Shown in pieces: positions 29,901-44,399 of a DNA stretch of 64,000 nt. The DNA is from the human T2T-CHM13v2.0 reference genome, Homo sapiens: NCBI RefSeq assembly GCF_009914755.1, contig NC_060933.1; one strand, given 5' to 3'. Below the pieces are notes generated by a model that made no database searches, had not been told where the DNA came from, and was given only the letters and a program-made list of their open reading frames with translations. The position numbers and the translations under genes are program-made. Numbering within the stretch: position 1 is the stretch's first letter; each line of letters begins with the position of its first letter.

Positions 29901-32600
29901 TGGAAGGGAATGTAATGGAATGGAATGGAATGGAATTAACCCGAATAGAATGGAATGGAATGGAATGGAATGGAATGGAATCAACTCGATTTCAATGGAA
30001 TGGAATGGAAAGGAATGGAATGGAATGAAAGGGAATGGAATGGAATGGAATGAAATTAACCCTAATGGAATGGAATGGAATGGAATGGAATGGAATGGAA
30101 TGGAATGGAATGGAATGGAATCCACCCGAGTGCAGGGGAGTGGAATGGAATGGAATGCAATGGAATGGAATCATACGGAATGGAATGGAATGGAATGGAA
30201 TGGATTCAACCCGAATGGAATGGAACGGAATGGAATCAACCAGACTGGAATGACATGGAATGGAGTGGAATGGAATGGAATGGAATGGTTCGGAATAGAA
30301 TGGAATGGAACGAAATGGAATGGAATGGAATGGAATGGAATGGAATCAACCTGAGTGCAATGGAATGGAGTGGAATGGAATGTAATGGAATGGAAACAAC
30401 TCGAATGGAATAGAATGTAATGGAGTGTAAGGGAATTGAGTACAATCAATCCGAATGTAATGGAATGGAATGGAACGGAATGGAATGGAATGGAATGCAG
30501 TGGAATGGAATCATACCTAGTGCAATGGAATGGAATGGAATGGAATGGAATGGAATGGAATGGAATGGAATGGATTGGATTCAACCCAAATGGAATGGAA
30601 AGCAATGGAATCATCCCGAGTGGAATGGCATGGAATGGAATGGAATGAAATGGAATGGAATGGAATGGTACGGAATAGAATGGAATGGAACGAAATGGAA
30701 TGGAATGGAAAGGAACGGAATGGAATGGAATCAACTCGATTGCAATGTAATGGAATGGAATGGATTGGAATGGAATTAACGCGAATAGAATGGAACGGAA
30801 TGGAATGGAATGGAATGGAATGGAATCAACTCGATTGAAATGGAATGGAATGGAATGGAATGGAATGGAATCAATCTGAGTGCAGGGGAATGGAATGGAA
30901 TGGAATGCAATGGAATGGAATGGAATGGAATGCAATGGAATCAACTCGATTGCAATGGGATGGAATGGAATGGAATGGAATGGAATTAACCTGAACAGAA
31001 TGGAATGGAATGAAATGGAACGGAACGTAATGGAATGGAATGGAATGGAATGGAATGCAATGCAATGCAATGGAATGGGATCAACCCGAGTGCAGGGGAA
31101 TGGAATGGAATGGAATGCAATGGAATGGAGGCATCCGGAATGGAATGGAATGGAATGGAATGCAATGGAATGGAATCAATCAACCCGAGTGCAATAGAAT
31201 GCAGTGGAAAGGAATGGAATGGAATGGAAAGTACCCGAATAGAAAGGAATGAAATGGAGTGTAAGGGAATTAAAAAGAATCAATCCGAATGTAATGGAAT
31301 GGAATGGAACGGAATGGAATGGAATGGAATGGATTGGAATGGAATGGAATGGAATGAAATGGAATGGCATGGAATGGAATGGAATCAACCCGAGTGCAAT
31401 GGAATGGAATCGAATGGAATGGAATGGAATGGAATGGATTCAACCCGAATGGAATGGAAAGGAATGGAATAAACCCGAGTGAAATTGCATGGAAGGGAAT
31501 GGAATGGAATGGAATGGTACGGAATAGAATGGAATGGAAAGAAATGGAATGGAATGGAGTGGAATGGAATGGAATGGAATAGAATGGAATGAACCCGTGT
31601 GCAATGGAATGGAATGGAATGGAATGGAATGGAATTGAATGGGTTCAACTCGAATAGAATGGAAAGGAATGGAATCAACCCGAGTGGAATGGCATGAAAC
31701 GGAATGAAATGGAATGAAATGGAATGGAATGGAATGGAATGGAATAAAATGGAATGGAATGGAATGGAATGAAACGGAATGGAATGGAATGGAATGGAAT
31801 GGAATGGAATGCAATGCAATGGAATGGGATCAACCCAAGTGCAGGGGAATGGAATGGAATGGAATGCAATGGAATGGAGTCATCCGGAATGGAATGGAAT
31901 GGAATGCAATGCAATGGAATGGAATCAATCAACCCGAGTGCAATAGAATGCAGTGGAAAGGAATGGAATGGAATGGAAAGTACCCGAATGGAATGGAATG
32001 AAATGGAGTGTAAGGGAATTAAAAAGAATCAATCCGAATGTAAAGGAATGGAATGGAACGGAATGGAATGGAATGGAATGGAATGGAATGGATTGGAATG
32101 GAATGGAATGGAATGAAATGGAATGGCATGGAATGGAATGGAATCAACCCGAGTGCAATGGAATGGAATGGAATGGAATGGAATGGAATGGAATGGAATG
32201 GAATGGAATGTATTCAACCCGAATGGAATGGAAAGGAATGGAATAAACCCGAGTGAAATTGAATGGAAGGGAATGGAATGGAATGGAATGGTAAGGAATA
32301 GAATGGAATGGAAAGAAATGGAATGGAATGGAATGGAATGGAATGGAATGGAATGGAATGGAATAGAATGGAATGAACCCGTGTGGAATGGAATGGAATG
32401 GAATGGAATGGAATTAATGCGAATAGAATGGATTGGAATGGAATGGAACGGAATGGAATGGAATGGAATGGAATGGAATGGAATCAAACTGAGTGCAGGG
32501 GAATGGAATGGAATGGAATGGAATAGAATGGAATGGAATGGAAGGGAATGGAATGGAATGGAATTAACCTGAACAGAATGGAATGGAATGGAATGGAACG
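20942..32600 (+). repeat. HSat3 domain 2: older, more diverged layer without near-identical long copies
   Basis: Higher density of variant pentamers (GAAAT, GGGAT, GGATT, GTAAT). Private markers GGATTCAACAAGAAT, AACCCGTGTG, GGAATTTGAAT and GGGAATTAAAAAGAATC. The TCGTTCCGAG landmark is absent. The right boundary is approximate (32400-32620). Confidence 0.8.
28900..32400 (+). repeat. Diverged internal duplications with 1874 bp and 749 bp offsets
   Basis: ATCAATCAACCCGAGT at 29301, 31175 and 31924; GGGAATTAAAAAGAATCAATCC at ~29391, 31265 and 32014; ORF pairs 29302/31176 and 29375/31249 are offset by 1874. Confidence 0.8.
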
Positions 32601-35600
32601 GAATGGAATGGAATGGAATGGAATGGAATCTACCCGAGTTCAGGGGAATGGAATGGAATGCAATGCAATGGAATGGAATCATCCGTAATGGAATAGAAAG
32701 GAATGGAATGGAATGGAATGGAATGGAATGGAATGGAATGGAATGGAATCAACTCGATTTCAATCGAATGGCATGGAATGGAATTAACCCGAATAGAATG
32801 GAATGGAATGGAATGGAACGGAACGGAATGGAATGGAATGGAATGGAATGGAATGGAATCAACGCGAGTGCAGGGGAATGGAATGGAATGGAATGGAATG
32901 GAACGGAACGGAACGGAACGGAACGGAATGGAATGGAATGGAATGGAATGGAACTGAATGGAATGGAATGGAATGGAATTGAATGGAATTAACCCGAATA
33001 GAATGGAATGGAATGGAATGGAACGGAACGGAATGGAATGGAATGGAATGGAATGGAATGGAATGGAATGGAATCAACCCGACTGCAGGGGAATGGAATG
33101 GAATGGAATGCAATGGAATGGATTCAACTTGAATGGAATGGAAAGAATGGAATCAACACGAGTGGAATGGCATGGATTGGAATGGAAGGGAATGGAATCA
33201 AACCGAGTACAGGGGAATGGAATGGAATGGAATGCAATGGAATGGAATCATCCGTAATGGAATAGAAAGGAATGGAATGGAATGGAATGGAATGGAATGG
33301 AATCAACTCGATTGCAATCGAATGGAATGGAATGGAATTAACCCGAATAGAATGGAATGGAATGGAATGGAACGGAACGGAATTGAATGGAATGGAATGG
33401 AATGGAATGGAATAGAATGGAACCGAAAGGAATGGAATGGAATGGAATGGACTGGAATGGAATGGAATCAACGCTAGTGCAGGGGAATGGAATGGAATGG
33501 AATGCAATGGAATGGAATCTTTCGGAATGGAATGGAATGGAATCAACCCGAGTGCAATGGTATGGAGTGGAATGGAATGGAACAACCCGAATGGAATGGA
33601 ATGGAATGGAGAGTAAAGGAGTTGAATAGAATCAATCCGAATGTAATGGAATGTAATGGAACGGAATGGAATTGAATGGAATGGAATGGAATGCAATGGA
33701 ATGGAATCAACCCGAGTGCAATGGAATGGAGAGGAATGGAATGGAATGGAATGGAAACTACCCGAATGGAATGGAATGGAATGCAGTGTAAGGGAATTGA
33801 ATAGAATCAATCCGAATGTAATGGAATGGAACGGAATGGAATGGAATGGAATGGAATGGAATGGAATGGAATGCAATGGAATGGAATCAACCCGAGTGCA
33901 ATCGAATGGAATCCAATGGAATGGAATGCAATGGAATGGATTCAACTTGAATGGAATGGAAAGAATGGAATCAACCCGAGTGGAATGGCATGGATTGGAA
34001 TGGAATGGAATGGAATCAACCCGAGTACAGGGGAATGGAGTGGAATGGAATGCAATGGAATGGAATCATCCGTAATGGAATGGAAAGGAATGGAATGGAA
34101 TGGAATGGAATGGAATGGAATCAACTCGATTGCAATCGAATGGAATGGAATGGAATTAACCCGAATAGAATGGAATGGAATGGAATGGAACGGAACAGAA
34201 TGGAATGGAATGGAATGGAACGGAACGGAACAGAACGGAATGGAATGTAATGGAATGGAATGGAATCAACGTCAGTGCAGGGGAATGGAATGCAATGGAA
34301 TGCAATGGAATGGAATCTTCCGGAATGGAATGGAATGGAATGGAATGGAATGAAATGCAATGGATTCAACTCGACTGCAATGGAATGGAATAGAATGGAA
34401 TGGAATGGAATGGAATGGAATGGAATTAACCCGAATAGAATGGAATGGAATGGAATGGAATGGAACTGAATGGATTGGAATTGAATGGAATGGAATAGAA
34501 TGGAATGGAATTAACCCGAATAGAATGGAATGGAATGGAATGGAACGGAACGGAATGGAATGGAATGGAATGGAATGGAATGGAATGGAATGGAATCAAC
34601 CCGACTTCAGGGGAATGGAATGGAATGGAATGCAATGGAATAGATTCAACTTGAATGGAATGGAAAGAATGGAATCAACACGAGTGGAATGGCATGGATT
34701 GGAATGGAAGGGAATGGAATCAACCCGAGTACAGGGGAATGGAATGGAATGGAATGCAATGGAATGGAATCATCCGTAATGGAATAGAAAGGAATGGAAT
34801 GGAATGGAATGGAATGGAATGGAATGGAATGGAATGGAATGGAATCAACTCGATTGCAATCGAATGGAATGGAATGGAATTAACCCGAATAGAATGAAAT
34901 GGAATGGAATGGAACGGAACGGAATGGAATGGAATGGAATGGAATGGAATGGAATGGAACCGAAAGGAATGGAATGGAATGGAATGGAGTGGAATGGAAT
35001 GGAATCAACGTGAGTGCAGGGGAATGGAATGGAATGGAATGCAATGGAGTGGCATCTTCCGGAATGGAATGGAAAGGAATGGAATGGAATGGAACGGAAT
35101 CAACCCGAGTGCAATGGAATGGAGTGGAATGGAATGGAACAACCCGAATGGAATGGAATGTAATGGAGCGTAAGGGAGTTGAATAGAATCAATCCGAATG
35201 TAATGGAATGGAATGGAACGGAATGGAATTGAATGGAATGGAATGGAATGCAATGGAATGGAATCAACCGGAGTGCAATGGAATGGAGAGGAATGGAATG
35301 GAATGTAATGGAAACTACCCGAATGGAATGGAATGGGATGCAGTGTAAGGGAATTGAATAGAATCAATCCGAATGTAATGGAATGGAACGGAATGGAATG
35401 GAATGGAATGGAATGGAATGGAATGGAACGCAATGGAATGGAATCTTCTGGAATGGAATGGAATGGAATGGAATGGAATGAAATGCAATGGATTCAACTC
35501 GACTGCAATGGAATGGAATAGAATGGAATGGAATGGAATGGAATGGAATGGAATTAACCCGAATAGAATGGAATGGAATGGAATGGAACGGAATGGAACT

Positions 35601-38600
35601 GAATGGAATGGAATGGAATGGAATGGTATGGAATTGAATGGAATGGTACGGAATAGAATGGAATGGAACGAATTGTAATGGAATGGAATTGAATGGAATG
35701 GAATGGAATGGAATGGAATCAACGCGAGTGCAGGGGAATGGAATGGAACGGAATGCAATGGAATGGAATCATCCGGAATGTAATGGAATGGAATGGAAAG
35801 GAATGGAATGGAATCAACCCGAGTGCAATGGAATGGAGTGGAATGGAATGGAATGGAATGGAACAACCCGAATGGAATGTAATGTAATGGAGTGTAAGGG
35901 AATTGAATAGAATGAATCCGAATGGAATGGAATGGAATGGAAAGGAATGGAATGGAATGGAATGGAATGGAATGGAAAGGAATGGAATGGAATGGAATGC
36001 AATGCCATGGAATCAACACGAGTGCAAACGAATGGAATCGGATGGAATGGAATGCAATGGAATGGATTCATCTTGAATGGAATGGAAAGAATGGAATCAA
36101 CACGAGTGGAATGGCATGGATTGGAATGGAATGGAATGGAATCAACCCGAGTACAGGGGAAAGGAATGGAATGGAATGGAATGGAATGGAATCATCCGTA
36201 ATGTAATGGAAAGGAATGGAATGGAATGGAATGGAATGGAATGGAATGGAATGGAATCAACTCGATTGCAATCGAATGGAATGGAATGGAATTAACCCGA
36301 ATAGAATGGAATGGAATGGAATGGAATGGAACGGAACGGAATGGAATGGAATGGAATGGAACGGAACGGAACGGAATGGAATGGAATGGAATGGAGTGGA
36401 ATGGAATGGAATGGAATCAACGCGAGTGCAGGGGAATGGAATGGAATGGAATGCAATGGAATGGAATCTTCCGGAATGGAATGGAATGGAATGGAATGGA
36501 ATGAAATGCAATGGATTCAACTCGATTGCAATGGAATGGAATAGAATGGAATGGAATGGAATGGAATGGAATGGAATTAACCCGAATAGAATGGAATGGA
36601 ATGGAATGGAACGGAATGGAACGGAATGGAATGCAATGGAATGGAATGGAATGGAATGGAACGGAATGGAATGGAATGGAATTAACCCGAATAGAATGGA
36701 ATGGAATGGAATGGAACGGAATGGAACGGAATGGAATGGAATGGAATGGAATGGAATGGTATGTAATGGAATGGAATGGTACGGAATAGAATGGAATGGA
36801 ACGAATTGTAATGGAATGGAATTGAATGGAATGGAATGGAATGGAATGGAATCAACGCGAGTGCAGGGGAATGTAATGGAACGGAATGCAATGGAATGGA
36901 ATCATCCGGAATGAATGGAATGGAATGGAATGGAATGGAATCAACCCGAGTGCAATGGAATGGAGTGGAATGGAATGGAATGGAATGGAATTAACCCGAA
37001 TAGAATGGAATGGAATGGAATGGAATCAACTCGATTGCAATCGAATGGAATGGAATGGAATTAACCCGAATAGAATGGAATGGAATGGAATGGAACGGAA
37101 CGGAATTGAATGGAATGGAATGGAATGGAATGGAATGGAATGGAATGGAACCGAAAGGAATGGAATGGAATGGAATGGACTGGAATGGAATGGAATCAAC
37201 GCGAGAGCAGGGGAATGGAATGGAATGGAATGCAATGGAATGGAATCTTTCGGAATGGAATGGAATGGAATGGAATGGAATCAACCCGAGTGCAATGGTA
37301 TGGAGTGGAATGGAATGGAACAACCCGAATGGAATGGAATGGAATGGAGAGTAAGGGAGTTGAATAGAATCAATCCGAATGTAATGGAATGTAATGGAAC
37401 GGAATGGAATTGAATGGAATGGAATGGAATGCAATGGAATGGAATCAACCCGAGTGCAATGGAATGGAGAGGAATGGAATGGAATGGAATGGAAACTACC
37501 CGAATGGAATGGAATGGAATGCAGTGTAAGGGAATTGAATAGAATCAATCCGAATGTAATGGAATGGAACGGAATGGAATGGAATGGAATGGAATGGAAT
37601 GGAATGGAATGCAATGGAATGGAATCAACCCGAGTGCAATCGAATGGAATCCAATGGAATGGAATGCAATGGAATGGATTCAACTTGAATGGAATGGAAA
37701 GAATGGAATCAACCCGAGTGGAATGGCATGGATTGGAATGGAATGGAATGGAATCAACCCGAGTACAGGGGAATGGAGTGGAATGGAATGCAATGGAATG
37801 GAATCATCCGTAATGGAATGGAAAGGAATGGAATGGAATGGAATGGAATGGAATGGAATGGAATGGAATCAACTCGATTGCAATCGAATGGAATGGAATG
37901 GAATTAACCCGAATAGAATGGAATGGAATGGAATGGAACGGAACAGAATGGAATGGAATGGAATGGAACGGAACGGAACAGAACGGAATGGAATGTAATG
38001 GAATGGAATGGAATCAACGCCAGTGCAGGGGAATGGAATGGAATGGAATGCAATGGAATGGAATCTTCCGGAATGGAATGGAATGGAATGGAATGGAATG
38101 AAATGCAATGGATTCAACTCGACTGCAATGGAATGGAATAGAATGGAATGGAATGGAATGGAATGGAATGGAATTAACCCGAATAGAATGGAATGGAATG
38201 GAATGGAATGGAACTGAATGGATTGGAATTGAATGGAATGGAATAGAATGGAATGGAATTAACCCGAATAGAATGGAATGGAATGGAATGGAACGGAACG
38301 GAACGGAACGGAATGGAATGGAATGGAATGGAATGGAATGGAATGGAATGGAATCAACCCGACTTCAGGGGAATGGAATGGAATGGAATGCAATGGAATA
38401 GATTCAACTTGAATGGAATGGAAAGAATGGAATCAACACGAGTGGAATGGCATGGATTGGAATGGAAGGGAATGGAATCAACCCGAGTACAGGGGAATGG
38501 AATGGAATGGAATGCAATGGAATGGAATCATCCGTAATGGAATAGAAAGGAATGGAATGGAATGGAATGGAATGGAATGGAATGGAATGGAATGGAATGG

Positions 38601-41600
38601 AATGGAATCAACTCGATTGCAATCGAATGGAATGGAATGGAATTAACCCGAATAGAATGAAATGGAATGGAATGGAACGGAACGGAATGGAATGGAACGG
38701 AATGGAATGGAATGGAATGGAACCGAAAGGAATGGAATGGAATGGAATGGAGTGGAATGGAATGGAATCAACGTGAGTGCAGGGGAATGGAATGGAATGG
38801 AATGCAATGGAGTGGCATCTTCCGGAATGGAATGGAAAGGAATGGAATGGAATGGAACGGAATCAACCCGAGTGCAATGGAATGGAGTGGAATGGAATGG
38901 AACAACCCGAATGGAATGGAATGTAATGGAGCGTAAGGGAGTTGAATAGAATCAATCCGAATGTAATGGAATGGAATGGAACGGAATGGAATTGAATGGA
39001 ATGGAATGGAATGCAATGGAATGGAATCAACCCGAGTGCAATGGAATGGAGAGGAATGGAATGGAATGGAATGGAAACTACCCGAATGGAATGGAATGGA
39101 ATGCAGTGTAAGGGAATTGAATAGAATCAATCCGAATGTAATGGAATGGAACGGAATGGAATGGAATGGAATGGAATGGAATGGAATGGAATGCAATGGA
39201 ATGGAATCTTCTGGAATGGAATGGAATGGAATGGAATGGAATGGAATGAAATGCAATGGATTCAACTCGACTGCAATGGAATGGAATAGAATGGAATGGA
39301 ATGGAATGGAATGGAATGGAATTAACCCGAATAGAATGGAATGGAATGGAATGGAACGGAATGGAACTGAATGGAATGGAATGGAATGGAATGGTATGGA
39401 ATTGAATGGAATGGTACGGAATAGAATGGAATGGAACGAATTGTAATGGAATGGAATTGAATGGAATGGAATGGAATGGAATGGAATCAACGCGAGTGCA
39501 GGGGAATGGAATGGAACGGAATGCAATGGAATGGAATCATCCGGAATGTAATGGAATGGAATGGAAAGGAATGGAATGGAATCAACCCGAGTGCAATGGA
39601 ATGGAGTGGAATGGAATGGAATGGAATGGAACAACCCGAATGGAATGTAATGTAATGGAGTGTAAGGGAATTGAATAGAATGAATCCGAATGGAATGGAA
39701 TGGAATGGAAAGGAATGGAATGGAATGGAATGGAATGGAAAGGAATGGAATGGAATGGAATGCAATGCCATGGAATCAACACGAGTGCAAACGAATGGTA
39801 TCGAATGGAATGGAATGCAATGGAATGGATTCATCTTGAATGGAATGGAAAGAATGGAATCAACACGAGTGGAATGGCATGGATTGGAATGGAATGGAAT
39901 GGAATCAACCCGAGTACAGGGGAAAGGAATGGAATGGAATGGAATGGAATGGAATCATCCGTAATGTAATGGAAAGGAATGGAATGGAATGGAATGGAAT
40001 GGAATGGAATGGAATGGAATGGAATCAACTCGATTGCAATCGAATGGAATGGAATGGAATTAACCCGAATAGAATGGAATGGAATGGAATGGAATGGAAC
40101 GGAACGGAATGGAATGGAATGGAATGGAACGGAACGGAACGGAATGGAATGGAATGGAATGGAGTGGAATGGAATGGAATGGAATCAACGCGAGTGCAGG
40201 GGAATGGAATGGAATGGAATGCAATGGAATGGAATCTTCCGGAATGGAATGGAATGGAATGGAATGGAATGAAATGAAATGGATTCAACTCGATTGCAAT
40301 GGAATGGAATAGAATGGAATGGAATGGAATGGAATGGAATGGAATTAACCCGAATAGAATGGAATGGAATGGAATGGAACGGAATGGAACGGAATGGAAT
40401 GCAATGGAATGGAATGGAATGGAATGGAACGGAATGGAATGGAATGGAATTAACCCGAATAGAATGGAATGGAATGGAATGGAACGGAATGGAACGGAAT
40501 GGAATGGAATGGAATGGAATGGAATGGTATGTAATGGAATGGAATGGTACGGAATAGAATGGAATGGAACGAATTGTAATGGAATGGAATTGAATGGAAT
40601 GGAATGGAATGGAATGGAATCAACGCGAGTGCAGGGGAATGTAATGAAACGGAATGCAATGGAATGGAATCATCCGGAATGAATGGAATGGAATGGAATG
40701 GAATGGAATCAACCCGAGTGCAATGGAATGGAGTGGAATGGAATGGAATGGAATGGAAGAACCCGAATGGAATGGAATGTAATGGAGAGTAAGGGAGTTG
40801 AATAGAATCAATCCGAATGTAATGGAATGGAAAGCAACGGAATGGAATGGAATAGAATGGAATGGAATGGAATGGAATGGAATGCAATGGAATGGAATCA
40901 ACCCGAGTACAATGGAATGGAATGGAATGGAATGGAATGGAATGGAATGGAATGGAATCAACGCGAGTGCAGGGGAATGGAATGGAATGGAATGCAATGG
41001 AATGGAATCTTCCGGAATGGAATGGATTGGAATGGAATGGAATGAAATGCAATGGATTCAACTCGATTGCAATGGAATGGAATAGAATGCAATGGAATGG
41101 AATGGAATGGAATTAACACGAATAGAATGGAATGGAATGGAATGGAACGGAATGGAACGGAATGGAATGCAATGGAATGGAATGGAATGGAACGGAATGG
41201 AATGGAATGGAATTAACCCGAATAGAATGGAATGGAATGGAATGGAATGGAATGGAATCAACTCGATTGCAATCGAATGGAATGGAATGGAATTAACCCG
41301 AATAGAATGGAATGGAATGGAATGGAACGGAACGGAATTGAATGGAATGGAATGGAATGGAATGGAATGGAATGGAACCGAAAGGAATGGAATGGAATGG
41401 AATGGACTGGAATGGAATGGAATCAACGCGAGTGCAGGGGAATGGAATGGAATGGAATGCAATGGAATGGAATCTTTCGGAATGGAATGGAATGGAATGG
41501 AATGGAATCAACCCGAGTGCAATGGTATGGAGTGGAATGGAATGGAACAACCCGAATGGAATGGAATGGAATGGAGAGTAAGGGAGTTGAATAGAATCAA

Positions 41601-44399
41601 TCCGAATGTAATGGAATGTAATGGAACGGAATGGAATTGAATGGAATGGAATGGAATGCAAAGGAATGGAATCAACCCGAGTGCAATGGAATGGACAGGA
41701 ATGGAATGGAATGGAATGGAAACTACCCGAATGGAATGGAATGGAATGCAGTGTAAGGGAATTGAATAGAATCAATCCGAATGTAATGGAATGGAACGGA
41801 ATGGAATGGAATGGAATGGAATGGAATGGAATGGAATGCAATGGAATGGAATCAACCCGAGTGCAATCGAATGGAATCCAATGGAATGGAATGCAATGGA
41901 ATGGATTCAACTTGAATGGAATGGAAAGAATGGAATCAACCCGAGTGGAATGGCATGGATTGGAATGGAATGGAATGGAATCAACCCGAGTACAGGGGAA
42001 TGGAGTGGAATGGAATGCAATGGAATGGAATCATCCGTAAAGGAATGGAAAGGAATGGAATGGAATGGAATGGAATGGAATGGAATGGAATGGAATCAAC
42101 TCGATTGCAATCGAATGGAATGGAATGGAATTAACCCGAATAGAATGGAATGGAATGGAATGGAACGGAACAGAATGGAATGGAATGGAATGGAACGGAA
42201 CGGAACAGAACGGAATGGAATGTAATGGAATGGAATGGAATCAACGCCAGTGCAGGGGAATGGAATGGAATGGAATGCAATGGAATGGAATCTTCCGGAA
42301 TGGAATGGAATGGAATGGAATGGAATGAAATGCAATGGATTCAACTCGACTGCAATGGAATGGAATAGAATGGAATGGAATGGAATGGAATGGAATGGAA
42401 TTAACCCGAATAGAATGGAATGGAATGGAATGGAATGGAACTGAATGGATTGGAATTGAATGGAATGGAATAGAATGGAATGGAATTAACCCGAATAGAA
42501 TGGAATGGAATGGAATGGAACGGAACGGAATGGAATGGAATGGAATGGAATGGAATGGAATGGAATGGAATCAACCCGACTTCAGGGGAATGGAATGGAA
42601 TGGAATGCAATGGAATAGATTCAACTTGAATGGAATGGAAAGAATGGAATCAACACGAGTGGAATGGCATGGATTGGAATGGAAGGGAATGGAATCAACC
42701 CGAGTACAGGGGAATGGAATGGAATGGAATGCAATGGAATGGAATCATCCGTAATGGAATAGAAAGGAATGGAATGGAATGGAATGGAATGGAATGGAAT
42801 GGAATGGAATGGAATGGAATGGAATGGAATCAACTCGATTGCAATCGAATGGAATGGAATGGAATTAACCCGAATAGAATGAAATGGAATGGAATGGAAC
42901 GGAACGGAATGGAATGGAATGGAATGGAATGGAACCGAAAGGAATGGAATGGAATGGAATGGAGTGGAATGGAATGGAATCAACGTGAGTGCAGGGGAAT
43001 GGAATGGAATGGAATGCAATGGAGTGGCATCTTCCGGAATGGAATGGAAAGGAATGGAATGGAATGGAACGGAATCAACCCGAGTGCAATGGAATGGAGT
43101 GGAATGGAATGGAACAACCCGAATGGAATGGAATGTAATGGAGCGTAAGGGAGTTGAATAGAATCAATCCGAATGTAATGGAATGGAATGGAACGGAATG
43201 GAATTGAATGGAATGGAATGGAATGCAATGGAATGGAATCAACCCGAGTGCAATGGAATGGAGAGGAATGGAATGGAATGGAATGGAAACTACCCGAATG
43301 GAATGGAATGGAATGCAGTGTAAGGGAATTGAATAGAATCAATCCGAATGTAATGGAATGGAACGGAATGGAATGGAATGGAATGGAATGGAATGGAATG
43401 GAATGGAATGGAATGCAATGGAATGGAATCTTCTGGAATGGAATGGAATGGAATGGAATGGAATGAAATGCAATGGATTCAACTCGACTGCAATGGAATG
43501 GAATAGAATGGAATGGAATGGAATGGAATGGAATGGAATTAACCCGAATAGAATGGAATGGAATGGAATGGAACGGAATGGAACTGAATGGAATGGAATG
43601 GAATGGAATGGTATGGAATTGAATGGAATGGTACGGAATAGAATGGAATGGAACGAATTGTAATGGAATGGAATTGAATGGAATGGAATGGAATGGAATG
43701 GAATCAACGCGAGTGCAGGGGAATGGAATGGAACGGAATGCAATGGAATGGAATCATCCGGAATGTAATGGAATGGAATGGAAAGGAATGGAATGGAATC
43801 AACCCGAGTGCAATGGAATGGAGTGGAATGGAATGGAATGGAATGGAACAACCCGAATGGAATGTAATGTAATGGAGTGTAAGGGAATTGAATAGAATGA
43901 ATCCGAATGGAATGGAATGGAATGGAAAGGAATGGAATAGAATGGAATGGAATGGAAAGGAATGGAATGGAATGGAATGCAATGCCATGGAATCAACACG
44001 AGTGCAAACGAATGGAATCGAATGGAATGGAATGCAATGGAATGGATTCATCTTGAATGGAATGGAAAGAATGGAATCAACACGAGTGGAATGGCATGGA
44101 TTGGAATGGAATGGAATGGAATCAACCCGAGTACAGGGGAAAGGAATGGAATGGAATGGAATGGAATGGAATCATCCGTAATGTAATGGAAAGGAATGGA
44201 ATGGAATGGAATGGAATGGAATGGAATGGAATCAACTCGATTGCAATCGAATGGAATGGAATGGAATTAACCCGAATAGAATGGAAAGGAATGGAATGGA
44301 ATGGAACGGAACGGAATGGAATGGAATGGAATGGAACGGAACGGAACGGAATGGAATGGAATGGAATGGAGTGGAATGGAATGGAATGGAATCAACGCG

